Below are positions 42,312 through 52,478 of a stretch of DNA of 64,000 nucleotides, piece after piece. A model generated the notes under the pieces. It searched no databases, was not told where the DNA came from, and worked only from the letters and a program-made list of their open reading frames with translations. How positions within the stretch are numbered: position 1 is the stretch's first letter; each line of letters starts with the position of its first letter. The DNA is from an uncultured Chloroflexia bacterium (GTDB lineage Bacteria > Chloroflexota > Dehalococcoidia > UBA2979). Location: the NCBI GenBank assembly GCA_963728205.1, contig CAVSIV010000006.1:608001-672000 (forward strand), in the 5' to 3' direction. The position numbers and the translations under genes were made by a program.

Positions 42312-43846
42312 GCGGCGACGCGCTCGAGCGCGACGACATCCAGGGGCTCGTCGCCCGCGGCTACGGGTCGCTCCCGGCGGCGCGCTACCTGCTGTACCGC
42401 GTGACCGACGCCGCGGGCGCGCGCCGGGCGCTCGCCGCGCTCGCCGCCCGCGTGACCGACGCCGCGACGCGCCCGGAGACGGCCGCCGTCAACGTCGCGC
42501 TCACCGCCGCGGGGCTGGCGGCGCTGGGCGTCGACGAGACGACGCGCGGCACGTTCGCGTTCGAGTTCCGCGAGGGCATGACGGCGCCGCACCGCCGCGT
42601 CTTCCTCGGCGACGTCGGCCCGGACGCGCCCGAGGGCTGGACGTGGGGCGGGCCGGCGCACGCCCCGGTGCACGTCCTCGTCATGCTCTTCGCGCGCGAC
42701 GCCGCCGGGCTCGACGCGCTCGCCGCGGCCATCACCGCCGAGACGCCGCCCGGTGCGCTGGCGCCGGCTGCGGCCCCGCTCGACGCGGGGCTGCTGCTCG
42801 ACCCGGCGACGGGCGCGCTGCGCGAGCACTTCGGCTTCACCGACGGCATCTCGCAGCCCGAGATCGCGGGCATGCGCGACGCCGGCCCGCCGCCGGGCGC
42901 CACCGGCGTGCTGCAGCCGATCCGCGCCGGCGAGTTCGTGCTCGGCTACCCGAACGAGTACGGCCGGCTCACCGATCGTCCGCTGGTCGCCGCGCGGCGC
43001 GACCCGCACGCGCAGCTGCCGGCCGCCGCCGACGCGCCGGGTCAGCGCGACCTCGGCCGCAACGGGACGTACCTCGTCTTCCGGCACCTCGCGCAGCACG
43101 TGCGCCGCTTCTGGCAGACCGTCGACGACGCCGCGCGGGCGGATTCCCTCCCCGGCGCGCGGCAGGCGTCCGAGCCTGCCGTGCTCCCCGCGCCCGCCGC
43201 GGCCGACACCGCCGCCCTCCGCACGCGCCTCGCCGCGAAGCTGGTCGGCCGCTGGCCCGGCGGCGCACCGCTCGTGCGCGCGCCCGACGGCGATGACCCC
43301 GCGCTCGCCACCGAGAACGACTTCGCCTACCACCACGAGGACCCCGACGGCCTCGCCTGCCCGGTCGGCGCCCACGTGCGCCGCACCAACCCGCGCGACG
43401 CGCTCGGCCCCGGCCCCGGCACCGACGCGTCGCTCGTCGTGAACCGGCTGCACCGCATCCTGCGCCGGGGCCGCTCCTTCGGCGCCCCGCTCTCACCGAC
43501 CTTCTCCCCGGACGAGGTGCTCGCCTCCGACGGCGACGACGGGGAACGCGGCCTGTACTTCCTCGCGCTCAACGCGAACCTCGGGCGGCAGTTCGAGTTC
43601 GTCCAGCACACCTGGATCAACAACCCGAAGTTCGGCGACGCGTACGCCGACACCGACCCGCTCGTCGGGACCCGCGAGACCGTCGGCGCCCTCGCGGCCG
43701 GCACCTTCACGATCCCCGAGTCGCCCGTGCGCCGCCGGCTCACGGGGCTGCCGCCGTTCGTCAGCGTGCGCGGCGGGGCGTACTTCTTCCTGCCCGGACT
43801 GCGCGCGCTGCGCTACCTCGCCACGCCGCCGGGTGACGACGCATGA
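42308..43846 (+). CDS. Dye-decolorizing (DyP-type) heme peroxidase
   Basis: DIQG, EHFGFTDGISQP (GxxDG), CPVGAHVRRTNPR, HRILRRGR, QFEFVQ and GGAYFFLPG motifs. Confidence 0.92.
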   Translation: MSGDALERDDIQGLVARGYGSLPAARYLLYRVTDAAGARRALAALAARVTDAATRPETAAVNVALTAAGLAALGVDETTRGTFAFEFREGMTAPHRRVFLGDVGPDAPEGWTWGGPAHAPVHVLVMLFARDAAGLDALAAAITAETPPGALAPAAAPLDAGLLLDPATGALREHFGFTDGISQPEIAGMRDAGPPPGATGVLQPIRAGEFVLGYPNEYGRLTDRPLVAARRDPHAQLPAAADAPGQRDLGRNGTYLVFRHLAQHVRRFWQTVDDAARADSLPGARQASEPAVLPAPAAADTAALRTRLAAKLVGRWPGGAPLVRAPDGDDPALATENDFAYHHEDPDGLACPVGAHVRRTNPRDALGPGPGTDASLVVNRLHRILRRGRSFGAPLSPTFSPDEVLASDGDDGERGLYFLALNANLGRQFEFVQHTWINNPKFGDAYADTDPLVGTRETVGALAAGTFTIPESPVRRRLTGLPPFVSVRGGAYFFLPGLRALRYLATPPGDDA

Positions 43847-45040
43847 GCGCGGGACTCGCCGCCGCTCGCGCCGTGCAGCGGACCGCGCAGGCCGCCGTCA
43901 ACTGGACGCGCCGCCGCAACCCGGTCTACCGCGACACCTTCGACCGCCTCTGCCGCGACCGCCTCGAGTCGGCGGCGCAGTGGGCGATCAACGCGCGCCG
44001 GCCGGACGAGCACCTCGGCATCGCCGAGGAGCGCCCCGTGCCGGGCGAGGACATGGTCGCGCAGGCGGTCGCGGACCAGATGGCGCGCTTCCTCGAGCGC
44101 ACCTACCCGCACGGCGGCGCCGAGCGGGCGGGGAACACGAAGACCTACGGCGTGGTGCGCGCCGCGTTCGAGGTCCCGGCCGACCTGCCGCCCGACCTGC
44201 GCGTCGGCGTCTTCGCGGAGCCGCGCATCTTCCGGGCCTACGTCCGCTTCGCCGGCCCCGGCCCCGTCGTCACCGACGACATCGTGAACAACGGGATCCT
44301 CAGCGTCGGCGTGAAGCTGATGGGCGTGCCCGGCCCCAAGCTGATCGACGACGAGGTGGCGACGCAGGACTTCCTCGGCATCAGCGCGCCGACCTTCACC
44401 ACGCCGAACGTCGTCGAGAACCTCAAGCTCCAGCGCTGGCTCGGGCGCGGCGCCCCGGTCATGTACTTCCTCAACCCGCTCGACAGCCATTACCGGGACC
44501 TCGTGATGCAGGGGCTCTACGCGAAGAGCCACGCGAGCCCGCTCGAGCTGCGCTACTGGTCGACGACGCCGTACGCGTTCGGTGAGGGTCGCGCGGTGCA
44601 GTTCACGCTCGTGCCGCGCGTCCGCGGCCGCGCCCGCGTGCCGCGCCACCCCGGCCCGGACTACCTGCGCGAGGCGATGGTCGCCGCGCTCGCCGTGGGC
44701 GAGCGGGTCTTCGACTGCTACGTGCAGTTCCAGGTCGACCCGCACCGGCAGCCGATCGAGAACGCGTCGGTCGTGTGGCCCGAGCGCCTCTCGCCGTGGC
44801 GCCGCGTGGGCGTGCTGCGCATCCCGCCGCAGCGCTTCGATTCGCCCGCGCAGCTCGCGTTCGCGCACAACCTCTCGTTCAACCCGTGGCACGCGCTCGC
44901 CGAGCACCGCCCGCTCGGCAACCAGAACCGCGCGCGGCGGGTGATCTACCTCGAGACGTCGAAGCTGCGCCGCGCCCTCAACGGCGAGGCGCACGTCGAG
45001 CCGACCGGCGACGAGGTGTTCGACGCGGACGCGGCCGGGC
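43843..45040 (+). CDS. Catalase-like heme protein (short catalase-related family); no stop codon, reads through into the peroxidase
   Basis: AYVRFA, QDFL, YWSTTPY, PIENASVVW, SFNPWH...HRPLGNQNRARRVIY (proximal Tyr). The distal site reads RAGNTK instead of R-x-x-H-x-K. Confidence 0.85.
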
Positions 45041-45420
45041 CGCCGACACCCCCGGCGCCGACCCCACCGCCCCCACCCACAGCGGCGGCAGACACGCCGC
45101 CGACACCCCCGGCGCCGACCCCACCGCCCCCACCCACAGCGGCGGCAGACATGCCGCCGACACCCCCGGCGCCGACCCCACCGCCCCCACCCACAGCGGC
45201 GGCAGACATGCCGCCGACACCCCCGGCGCCGACCCCACCGCCCCCACCCACAGCGGCGGCAGACATGCCGCCGCACCCCCGCGCCGACCCCACCGCCCCC
45301 ACCCACAGCGGCGGCAGACATGCCGCCGACAGCAGCGGCGGCGGCCACGCCGCCGATCCCCCCGGCGGCGGCAGACAGGCCGCCGGCTTCCCCAGCGGCG
45401 GCGACCCCGCCGCCGACCCA
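45040..45420 (+). repeat. 57-bp tandem repeat (4 copies plus degenerate copies) containing the REP-like palindrome
   Basis: Unit CCGCCGACACCCCCGGCGCCGACCCCACCGCCCCCACCCACAGCGGCGGCAGACA(C/T)G, encoding PPTPPAPTPPPPPTAAAD(T/M). Confidence 0.92.
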
Positions 45421-45462
45421 GCGAACCGCGGCGACTCCGCCGCGCATCCAGGGAGACGACCG

Positions 45463-47847
45463 ATGACCATCGAGATGAACGTCGACCAGCTGCGCAACGC
45501 GCGCGAAGAGGGGCGCCGCCTGATCGACGCCGGCGACTACGCCGGCGCGATCGATGCGCTGTCCCCCGCCGCCGAGCACGACCCCGACGGCGACGTGCAC
45601 GCGCTGCTCGCGATCGCCTGCTTCATGAGCGAGCAGTACACGCGCGCCACCGAGCACTACCGGCAGGCGCTCGAGCGCCGTCCCGACGAGGCCGACTGGC
45701 GTGCCGCATACGCACTCGCCGCCGCGAACGCGGAGTCGGAGGTCGACGTCTTCGTCCCCGAGCCGCACTTCTTCACGCGCGAGGAGCTGCTGGCGCCGCC
45801 GACCCTGGCGCCCGGCACACTGCCCGAGCCGCTCCCTGCGGCGACGGTGCATCTGCCCGGGCGCATCCGGCGCTCGGTCGGCGACGCGCTCGGGGCCGTC
45901 GCCACCGCCGGCATGGACTTCATCACGCGCGCCCTCGGCGCCGTCGCCGGCTACCGCGACGAGGTGTGGACGAACTGGTACCGCCGCCGCCTCGTGTTCG
46001 CGATCCTCACCCTCGCGTACATGCGCGAGCAGCTCAACGCGCACAACCTCAAGGACGTCTATCCACCGGGATCGCTGGTCGGCTTCGTCGAGCCGGGGCT
46101 GACGCCGCCTTCCGGCGTGACGCGCTTCCGCACCGCGGACGGCTCATGGAACAACCTCGCCAACCCGCGCGAGGGCGCCGCGGGCACGCGCTTCCCGCGC
46201 AACGTCGAGAACTCGGCGATCCACGCGGAGAGCGGCGAGCAGCTCCTCACGCCCAACCCCCGCGAGGTCAGCCGCCGGCTGCTCGCGCGTGACGGCCAGC
46301 TGAAGGAGGTGCCGTTCCTCAACATGTTCGCGGCGTCGTGGATCCAGTTCGAGAACCACGACTGGATCAACCACGCGGACAACCTCACGAACGAGATCAT
46401 CGAGATTCCGCTGGCGGAGGACGACCCGGCGCGGCGGAGGTTCCGCCAGCGCGCGATCCTCGTCGGCAGGACGCAGCACGACCCCACGCGCCGGGACCAC
46501 GGCGAGACCACGCCGGTGACCTTCATCAATGAGGTCACGCACTGGTGGGACGGCTCGCAGATCTACGGCAGCGACCAGGCGACGCAGGACCACCTGCGCG
46601 CGCACGAAGGCGGGAAGCTCCGCCTCAACCCGGACGGCACGCTCCCGCTCGACCGCAGCGGCGTCGAGACGACGGGCTTCACCCGCAACTGGTGGGTCGG
46701 GCTCTCGATGCTGCACACGCTGTTCGCCCACGAGCACAACGCGATCTGCGATCGCCTCGCCGCTGCCTACCCGCGGTGGGACGACAACCGCCTGTTCAAC
46801 GTCGCGCGGCTGATCAACGCGGCGGTCATGGCGAAGATCCACTCGGTCGAATGGACGCCCGCCATCCTCCCCAACGCCGGGCTGAGCGACGGACTCAACG
46901 CGAACTGGTACGGGCTGCTCACCAACCTCTTCCGCTCCGGCGCGCACAAGCACACCGTCGCCGCGATCAACATCCGCAACCCCGAGCTGGGCGGCGTCGT
47001 CGGCAACCCGATCGACAAGCACGGCGCGTCGTTCGGCCTGACGGAGGAGTTCGTCGAGGTCTATCGCCTGCACTCGCTGCTGCCGGAGACGCTGCGGCTG
47101 CGACGGCTCGCGGATCCGGCGTCGGTGGAAGAGGTGGACTTCGCGCGCACCCGCCAGGCCGGGTCGCCGAAGGTGACGGCGCGCTACCCGCTCGCCGACC
47201 TCTACTACTCGTTCGGAAACCAGCACCCGGGCCAGCTGGTGCTGAACAACTACCCCGACTTCATGCGCGACTTCAGCATCCCGGGGAACCCCGTGTTCGA
47301 CCTCGCCGCCGTCGACATCCTGCGCGCCCGCGAGCGCGGCGTGCCGCGCTACAACGCGTTCCGCCGCCAGCTCGGCCTCAACCCAATCCGCCGCATCGAG
47401 GACCTGACGGACGACCCGGAGTCGGTCCGCCGGCTCAAGGAGGTCTACGGCGACGACGCCGGCGCGGTGGAGCGCATCGACCTGATGGTGGGTACGCTGG
47501 CGGAGACGCACCGCCCGACCGGGTTCGGCTTCGGCGAGACGCTCTTCCAGATCTTCATCCTCAACGCGACGCGCCGCCTGCAGGCGGACCGCTTCTACAC
47601 GGACGACTTCAACGAGGACACCTACACGAAGGAAGGCCTCGAGTGGATCGACCGGGCGGACCTCAAGCACGTGCTGCTGCGCAACTTCCCGGCGCTGGCG
47701 AACACGGGCCTGGCGAACGTGACGAACGCGTTCGAGCCGTGGGACACCGACGAGCGGCTCGACCCGGCGCGCCACCCGCTGCGCGCGTTCGACCGCTCAC
47801 TGCGGCCGGACCCGTGGCGGGGCGATGCCTATCGCGGAGGGCGATGA
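45463..47847 (+). CDS. Peroxidase-cyclooxygenase superfamily heme protein, fatty-acid alpha-dioxygenase-like, with an N-terminal TPR region
   Basis: RTADGSWNNL, WIQFENHDW (distal His), THWWDGSQIYG, EHNAIC, EEFVEVYRLHSLLP (catalytic Tyr and proximal His), RERGVPRYN. Has its own GGGAG RBS and ATG. Confidence 0.9.
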   Translation: MTIEMNVDQLRNAREEGRRLIDAGDYAGAIDALSPAAEHDPDGDVHALLAIACFMSEQYTRATEHYRQALERRPDEADWRAAYALAAANAESEVDVFVPEPHFFTREELLAPPTLAPGTLPEPLPAATVHLPGRIRRSVGDALGAVATAGMDFITRALGAVAGYRDEVWTNWYRRRLVFAILTLAYMREQLNAHNLKDVYPPGSLVGFVEPGLTPPSGVTRFRTADGSWNNLANPREGAAGTRFPRNVENSAIHAESGEQLLTPNPREVSRRLLARDGQLKEVPFLNMFAASWIQFENHDWINHADNLTNEIIEIPLAEDDPARRRFRQRAILVGRTQHDPTRRDHGETTPVTFINEVTHWWDGSQIYGSDQATQDHLRAHEGGKLRLNPDGTLPLDRSGVETTGFTRNWWVGLSMLHTLFAHEHNAICDRLAAAYPRWDDNRLFNVARLINAAVMAKIHSVEWTPAILPNAGLSDGLNANWYGLLTNLFRSGAHKHTVAAINIRNPELGGVVGNPIDKHGASFGLTEEFVEVYRLHSLLPETLRLRRLADPASVEEVDFARTRQAGSPKVTARYPLADLYYSFGNQHPGQLVLNNYPDFMRDFSIPGNPVFDLAAVDILRARERGVPRYNAFRRQLGLNPIRRIEDLTDDPESVRRLKEVYGDDAGAVERIDLMVGTLAETHRPTGFGFGETLFQIFILNATRRLQADRFYTDDFNEDTYTKEGLEWIDRADLKHVLLRNFPALANTGLANVTNAFEPWDTDERLDPARHPLRAFDRSLRPDPWRGDAYRGGR

Positions 47848-48074
47848 CCGGCACCGCGGGAGGGGGTTCGCCCCAAGGGGCGAGACCGGGTTGGCGGATG
47901 ACTATTGTTCGGAAATGCCGTACAATCTGGTCTCCTCTGCATGCCCTCGCGTGGGTCCGAGCTGTCGCATTGGAGTGCCGGTATGCGCTTCTCGCTACGG
48001 TCAGGTTCATCCGCATCGCTGCCTCTCCGCACCACGCGGTCGCTCGTTCGCGTCCGCGCAGGGTCGGTGCGGCG

Positions 48075-48600
48075 ATGCTGATCCTTCTGGTCGACGATGA
48101 CATCCCATACGCGGAGATGAGCGCCGCGACGCTGCGCCAGGACGGGCATCGGGTCGTGCTCGCCGCCAGCGTCGACGCCGCCTGCACGGTCCTGGCCGCC
48201 GGGACCGCCGAGTGCGTGATCGTCGATGTGATGGAGGACGGCAGCGGGCTCGCCTTCGCTCGCGCGTCGCGCGAGCGCGACGCGAACCTCCCGATCGTCT
48301 TCGTCTCCCGCACGCCGAGCGAGCACGTCCTCGTGGACGCGTACGAGGCGGGGGCCGACGATTTCGTCGCGAAGCCGTTCAACCCGGTCGAGCTGCTGCT
48401 GCGGGTGCGCGCCGTGATGCGCCGCAGCGCGGTCGGAGCCGTGCCGTAAGCGAGCACGACGGGCCCGCGGCGCACGCGGTGGCTGCCGGCGACGGCGCCA
48501 CGCATGTCGGCGACGCGGTGCGGTGGAACGGACGCGACCTCGGCGGATGGCGCGGTCCGAACCGTCCGCGGAGTCGGACACATGTACGCATGGGATGAGT
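48075..48600 (+). pseudogene. OmpR-family response regulator, receiver intact and DNA-binding domain broken by a stop and a deletion
   Basis: Receiver LVDDD...IVDVM...GADDFVAKPF ends at the stop at 48449. Downstream remnants VGDAVRWNGRDLG and GAVRTVRGVG match the copy at 50085 with the middle missing. Confidence 0.7.
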
Positions 48601-48630
48601 TCGAATGCGCCTTGGCCGGAGGAGCAACGA

Positions 48631-49341
48631 ATGCGAATCCTTGTCGTGGATCGAGATGAAGTGGCGGCGCGCGTGCTTGCGTTCGTCGCCCGCCAGCGAG
48701 GGCACACGCCGATCGTCGTGCTGGGGATCGAGGCCTTCCTCCAGGAAGCCGCCCTCCGCCCGACGGCCTGCATCCTGACGCTGCGCGAGCGAGGCGTCTC
48801 CCCGCGCGACGCGGCGCGCGCGATCCGCGCGCGCTATCCGGAGATCTGCCTGGTGGCCGCGCTGGACGGCGCGCAGGTCGGCGACGCGCTGCCCATGCTC
48901 GAGGACGGCGTGCAGGACGTGATGCGGTCCCCGTTCGATCCCCGCGAGGCGATCGTGCGTCTCGAGCTGCGCGTCCGCTCGCAGGACGTCACCGCCGCTC
49001 AGCGCGACGTCGTCGCGGTGGGCGACCTCGTCGTCGACCTGGACCGCTACGTCGCTCGCAAGAACGGCGTCCCGTTGCTGCTGACGAAGCTCGAACTGCG
49101 GCTCCTCTTCGCGCTGGCCGTGCGTCAGAACGTCGTGTCGCCAAGCGACGGACTCCGCCGATTCGCATGGGACACCTCGGACCCGCCCCTCGTCTCGTCG
49201 TTGAAGACCCACATCTCGCGTCTGCGCCTCAAGCTGGCCCAGGCCGGCGGCGCGCCGATGCGCATCGAGCCGCGCCACAGCCTCGGCTACACGCTGGTGG
49301 TTCGCACCGCGGAAGAAGTCCCCGCGGCGCCTGCGGTTTGA
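48631..49341 (+). CDS. OmpR-type regulator with a degenerate (pseudo) receiver
   Basis: MRILVVDRD...ACILTL (no Asp)...MRSPF (no Lys); wHTH LTKLELRLL...LKTHISRLRLKL...GYTL. Confidence 0.85.
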   Translation: MRILVVDRDEVAARVLAFVARQRGHTPIVVLGIEAFLQEAALRPTACILTLRERGVSPRDAARAIRARYPEICLVAALDGAQVGDALPMLEDGVQDVMRSPFDPREAIVRLELRVRSQDVTAAQRDVVAVGDLVVDLDRYVARKNGVPLLLTKLELRLLFALAVRQNVVSPSDGLRRFAWDTSDPPLVSSLKTHISRLRLKLAQAGGAPMRIEPRHSLGYTLVVRTAEEVPAAPAV

Positions 49342-50084
49342 CGCGGGGCGGTCTATTGGGCCTCCGCCCCGCGCGGTGGCCGGGACGGGCGTCGAGGCGC
49401 TGCGCCTGCGCCTCACCAGACCCCCGGGCGGCCGCGGAACGTCTTACCGCGTACATACGGCGCCCTCCGGAGGATCGGAGCAGCTCTCCCCGCCCATTCG
49501 CGACGAACCTCTTTCTCATCGTGATTATCACGATAGTACGAATAAATGTGATGCGAGTGGAATGCAGTCACATGCGATGGCAATGTTGACGCTACCCGCG
49601 AACACTGGGTTCACGGATACAGTGCGGACGGTGGTCGGGACGGGAACCGACGAGCGACACCCGGCGTAGCTGCCCGTCGCGAGGTGCCGCGCGGCCTGCA
49701 TGAAGGAGGCTGGTCAGGCGAGGCCCGGATAGCCGTCGTTCGCCCCTTCGACGGACGAGACTGGAAGGACCGCCATGCGCCCGATGCGCATCGGCAGCTT
49801 CCCCGCTCGCTCCTTCGCGACGGTCCGTGACCTCCCGGCCCGACGATCGGGCCGGATACCGCGGCTGATTCGTCGGCCGCCGTCCCATACCGCTCACGAT
49901 CGCGTTCACCGGTCCGACGTGAATGTCATGCGTTCGCGCGGTTCCGTGGTGTCGCATTGGAGGCCGGTATGCATCTCCCTCTGTGTTCGGGCTCGTCCGC
50001 ACGCCCCGTGATCCGCACCACGCGTTCGTTGCTCCTTTGCGTCCGCGCGAGATCACGTTGCGTCCGCGCGGGATCACCCCGGCG

Positions 50085-50784
50085 ATGCTGATCCTCCTGG
50101 TCGACGACGACGTCCCGTACGCGGAGATGGGCGCCGCGACGCTGCGCGGCGACAGGCACCGGGTCACCATCGCCACAAGCATCCGGGTGGCGTGCCAGGT
50201 CCTCCAGACCGGGGAACCGGACTGTGTGATCGTCGATGTGATGGAGGACGGCAGCGGACTGGAGCTCGTTCGCGCGGCGCGCGCGCGCGACGCACGGCTT
50301 CCAATCGTCTTCATCTCGCGCACCGCGAACGAGGAGGTCCTGGTGCAGGCGTACGAGGCGGGGGCCGACGACTTCGTCCCGAAGCCGTTCAATCCGCGCG
50401 AGCTGCTCCTGCGTGTGCGCGCCGTGACGCGCCGCACCAGGTCCCCGCACACGACGCCGGGAGAGCGCGACGGGGTCGAGGCCCGCGCGCTGCCCGCCCG
50501 CACGGGCCCGGCGCTTGTCGGCAACGCCGTGCATTGGAACGGACTCGATCTCGGCTGCACGCCGCTGGAGGTCGAGCTGATGCGCGCGCTGATGTCGGCC
50601 GCCGGGCAGGTGGTCAGCTACGAGCAGCTGAACCACCGCCTGTGGGGGCACCAGGGGCGAGTTCGGCGGAACGCCGCTCAAGAAGTACGTCGCATCGCTC
50701 CGCCGCAAGCTCCAGGCGGCGGGGGCCGGGGACGGCGCCATCCGAACCGTCCGCGGGGTCGGATATCTGCTCGGACTGGATTAG
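50085..50784 (+). CDS. OmpR-family response regulator (one-base frameshift in GGGG near 50655)
   Basis: LVDDD, IVDVM, KPF, TPLEVELM...LWG, then in a shifted frame LKKYVASLRRKL...IRTVRGVGY. Confidence 0.8.
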
Positions 50785-50815
50785 TTCGCATGCGCCTTGG
50801 CCGGAGGAGCAACGA

Positions 50816-51526
50816 ATGCGAATTCTCATCGTCGACCGGGATGAAGTCGCGGCGCGCGTGCTCGCGTTCGTCGCGCGCCAGCGGGGCCACTCGCCGACCG
50901 TGGTGATGGGGATCGAGGCCTTCCTCCAGCAAACACCGCTCCGCCCGGACGCGTGCATCCTCACGCTGCGCGAGGGAGGGGTCGCTCCGCGCGACGCGAC
51001 CCGCGCGATCCGCGCGCGCTATCCGGCGATCTGCCTGCTGGTCGCGCTCGACCGCTCGCGGGACGACGAGGTGCTGCCCATGCTGGAGGACGGCGTGCAG
51101 GACGTGCTGCGGTCCCCCTTCGACCCGCGCGAGGCGATCGCGCGTCTCGAGCTGCGTGTCCGCTCGCAGGACGCTACCGCCGGCGACCGCGACGTCGTCG
51201 CGGTCGGCGACCTGGTGGTCGATCTCGGCACCTATGTCGCCCGCAAGAACGGCGTCCCGTTGCAGCTGACGAAGCTCGAACTGCGGCTCCTCTTCGCGCT
51301 GGCGATGCGCCAGAACGCCGTCACGAAGACCGACCAGCTCCTGGCGTTCGGATGGGACGCCGCGGAGCCACCGCTCGTCTCGTCGCTGAAGACGCACATG
51401 TCGCGTCTGCGCATCAAGCTGGCGCGAGCGGGCGGCGATCCGATGCGCATCGAGCCGCGCCACACCCTCGGCTACACCCTGGTGCGTCCGGCCGATGAGG
51501 AGGACTCCGAGGCGCCTGCGGTTTGA
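50816..51526 (+). CDS. OmpR-type regulator with a pseudo-receiver (paralogue of 48631)
   Basis: Colinear and highly similar to 48631-49341, with the same substitutions at the Asp and Lys positions. Confidence 0.85.
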   Translation: MRILIVDRDEVAARVLAFVARQRGHSPTVVMGIEAFLQQTPLRPDACILTLREGGVAPRDATRAIRARYPAICLLVALDRSRDDEVLPMLEDGVQDVLRSPFDPREAIARLELRVRSQDATAGDRDVVAVGDLVVDLGTYVARKNGVPLQLTKLELRLLFALAMRQNAVTKTDQLLAFGWDAAEPPLVSSLKTHMSRLRIKLARAGGDPMRIEPRHTLGYTLVRPADEEDSEAPAV

Positions 51527-51954
51527 AGCGGACTTCGACCACGGTCACGCAATGCCCGCAGCCCGATCGACGACGTCGCCGTACGTCGCCACGGGCACGC
51601 CCACCTCGGGACCGCCGGGTGCGCACTGGCAGTGACTGTTGCCCGGCCCTCTCGCCGTTCACCACGCGCCATCTCCACTCCGCGCCGCTGCCGGCAGCCT
51701 CATTCCCGGCCATCACACCATCGTCACCACAGCGTGACGATCGCGTCGGTCGGCGACGGCGGCGTGCGTGCCGTGCCGACGCGGCTCGGTTCCCGCGCTC
51801 GAATCAGCGGGACGGCGTGGCGAGCGATTCCTGGCTGTCACGCGCGCGTAACGGCGCGGTGACAGCCGTCGCCGAGTATTGCGACCACTCATCGCAGAAC
51901 GAGCCGCTGACACTGATGGCGCAGCGAATGAGCTTTCCGTACACGGAGGTTCGC

Positions 51955-52284
51955 ATGGTTCTCAAGCAGCGTCCGAGTCGGCGACCTCCTCGCACCTCAG
52001 ATCGTGCCTCAGCTCACGGGTCACCCGCTCATGCGGTTCCGTCGCCCGGCGCGCCTGCGTGCACTCACCACTGGGTGATCGAGCAGCCGGGACCCGAACC
52101 CACGAGCACGGGCCTCTGCCGCGGGTGCGGCGCGGAGCGCCAGTTTCCCACGCGGCTCTCGTGGATCCCGAGACGTGAGTTCATGCAGCAGCCGCGGGTC
52201 ACCCCCGATCTCGGCCGTCCATCGAGCCGCACGTCCTTCGGCGCCGAGCGGGTCCTGTCCGACGACGTCGGATCCGGCCAGTGA
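51955..52284 (+). CDS. Small putative zinc-binding protein
   Basis: GGAGG RBS; CTHHWVIE...STGLCRGCGAERQF. Confidence 0.65.
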   Translation: MVLKQRPSRRPPRTSDRASAHGSPAHAVPSPGAPACTHHWVIEQPGPEPTSTGLCRGCGAERQFPTRLSWIPRREFMQQPRVTPDLGRPSSRTSFGAERVLSDDVGSGQ

Positions 52285-52478
52285 TGACGTCCTGGCGCGC
52301 GCTGCCCCTCGCGGTCGGCGGAGCGCGGCGGCCCGCTGACGCGGTAGCCGCTCGGGGCCGCTCGCTTCGTCACCGCGAGGTGTGACGCCTCGGTGACGGC
52401 AGTCGCGGACGATTCGGGGGCGCGAAACGCCGAGGGCCCGGCGGAAGCAGTGCGCAGTGACCTCAGGGAGGAATCTGG

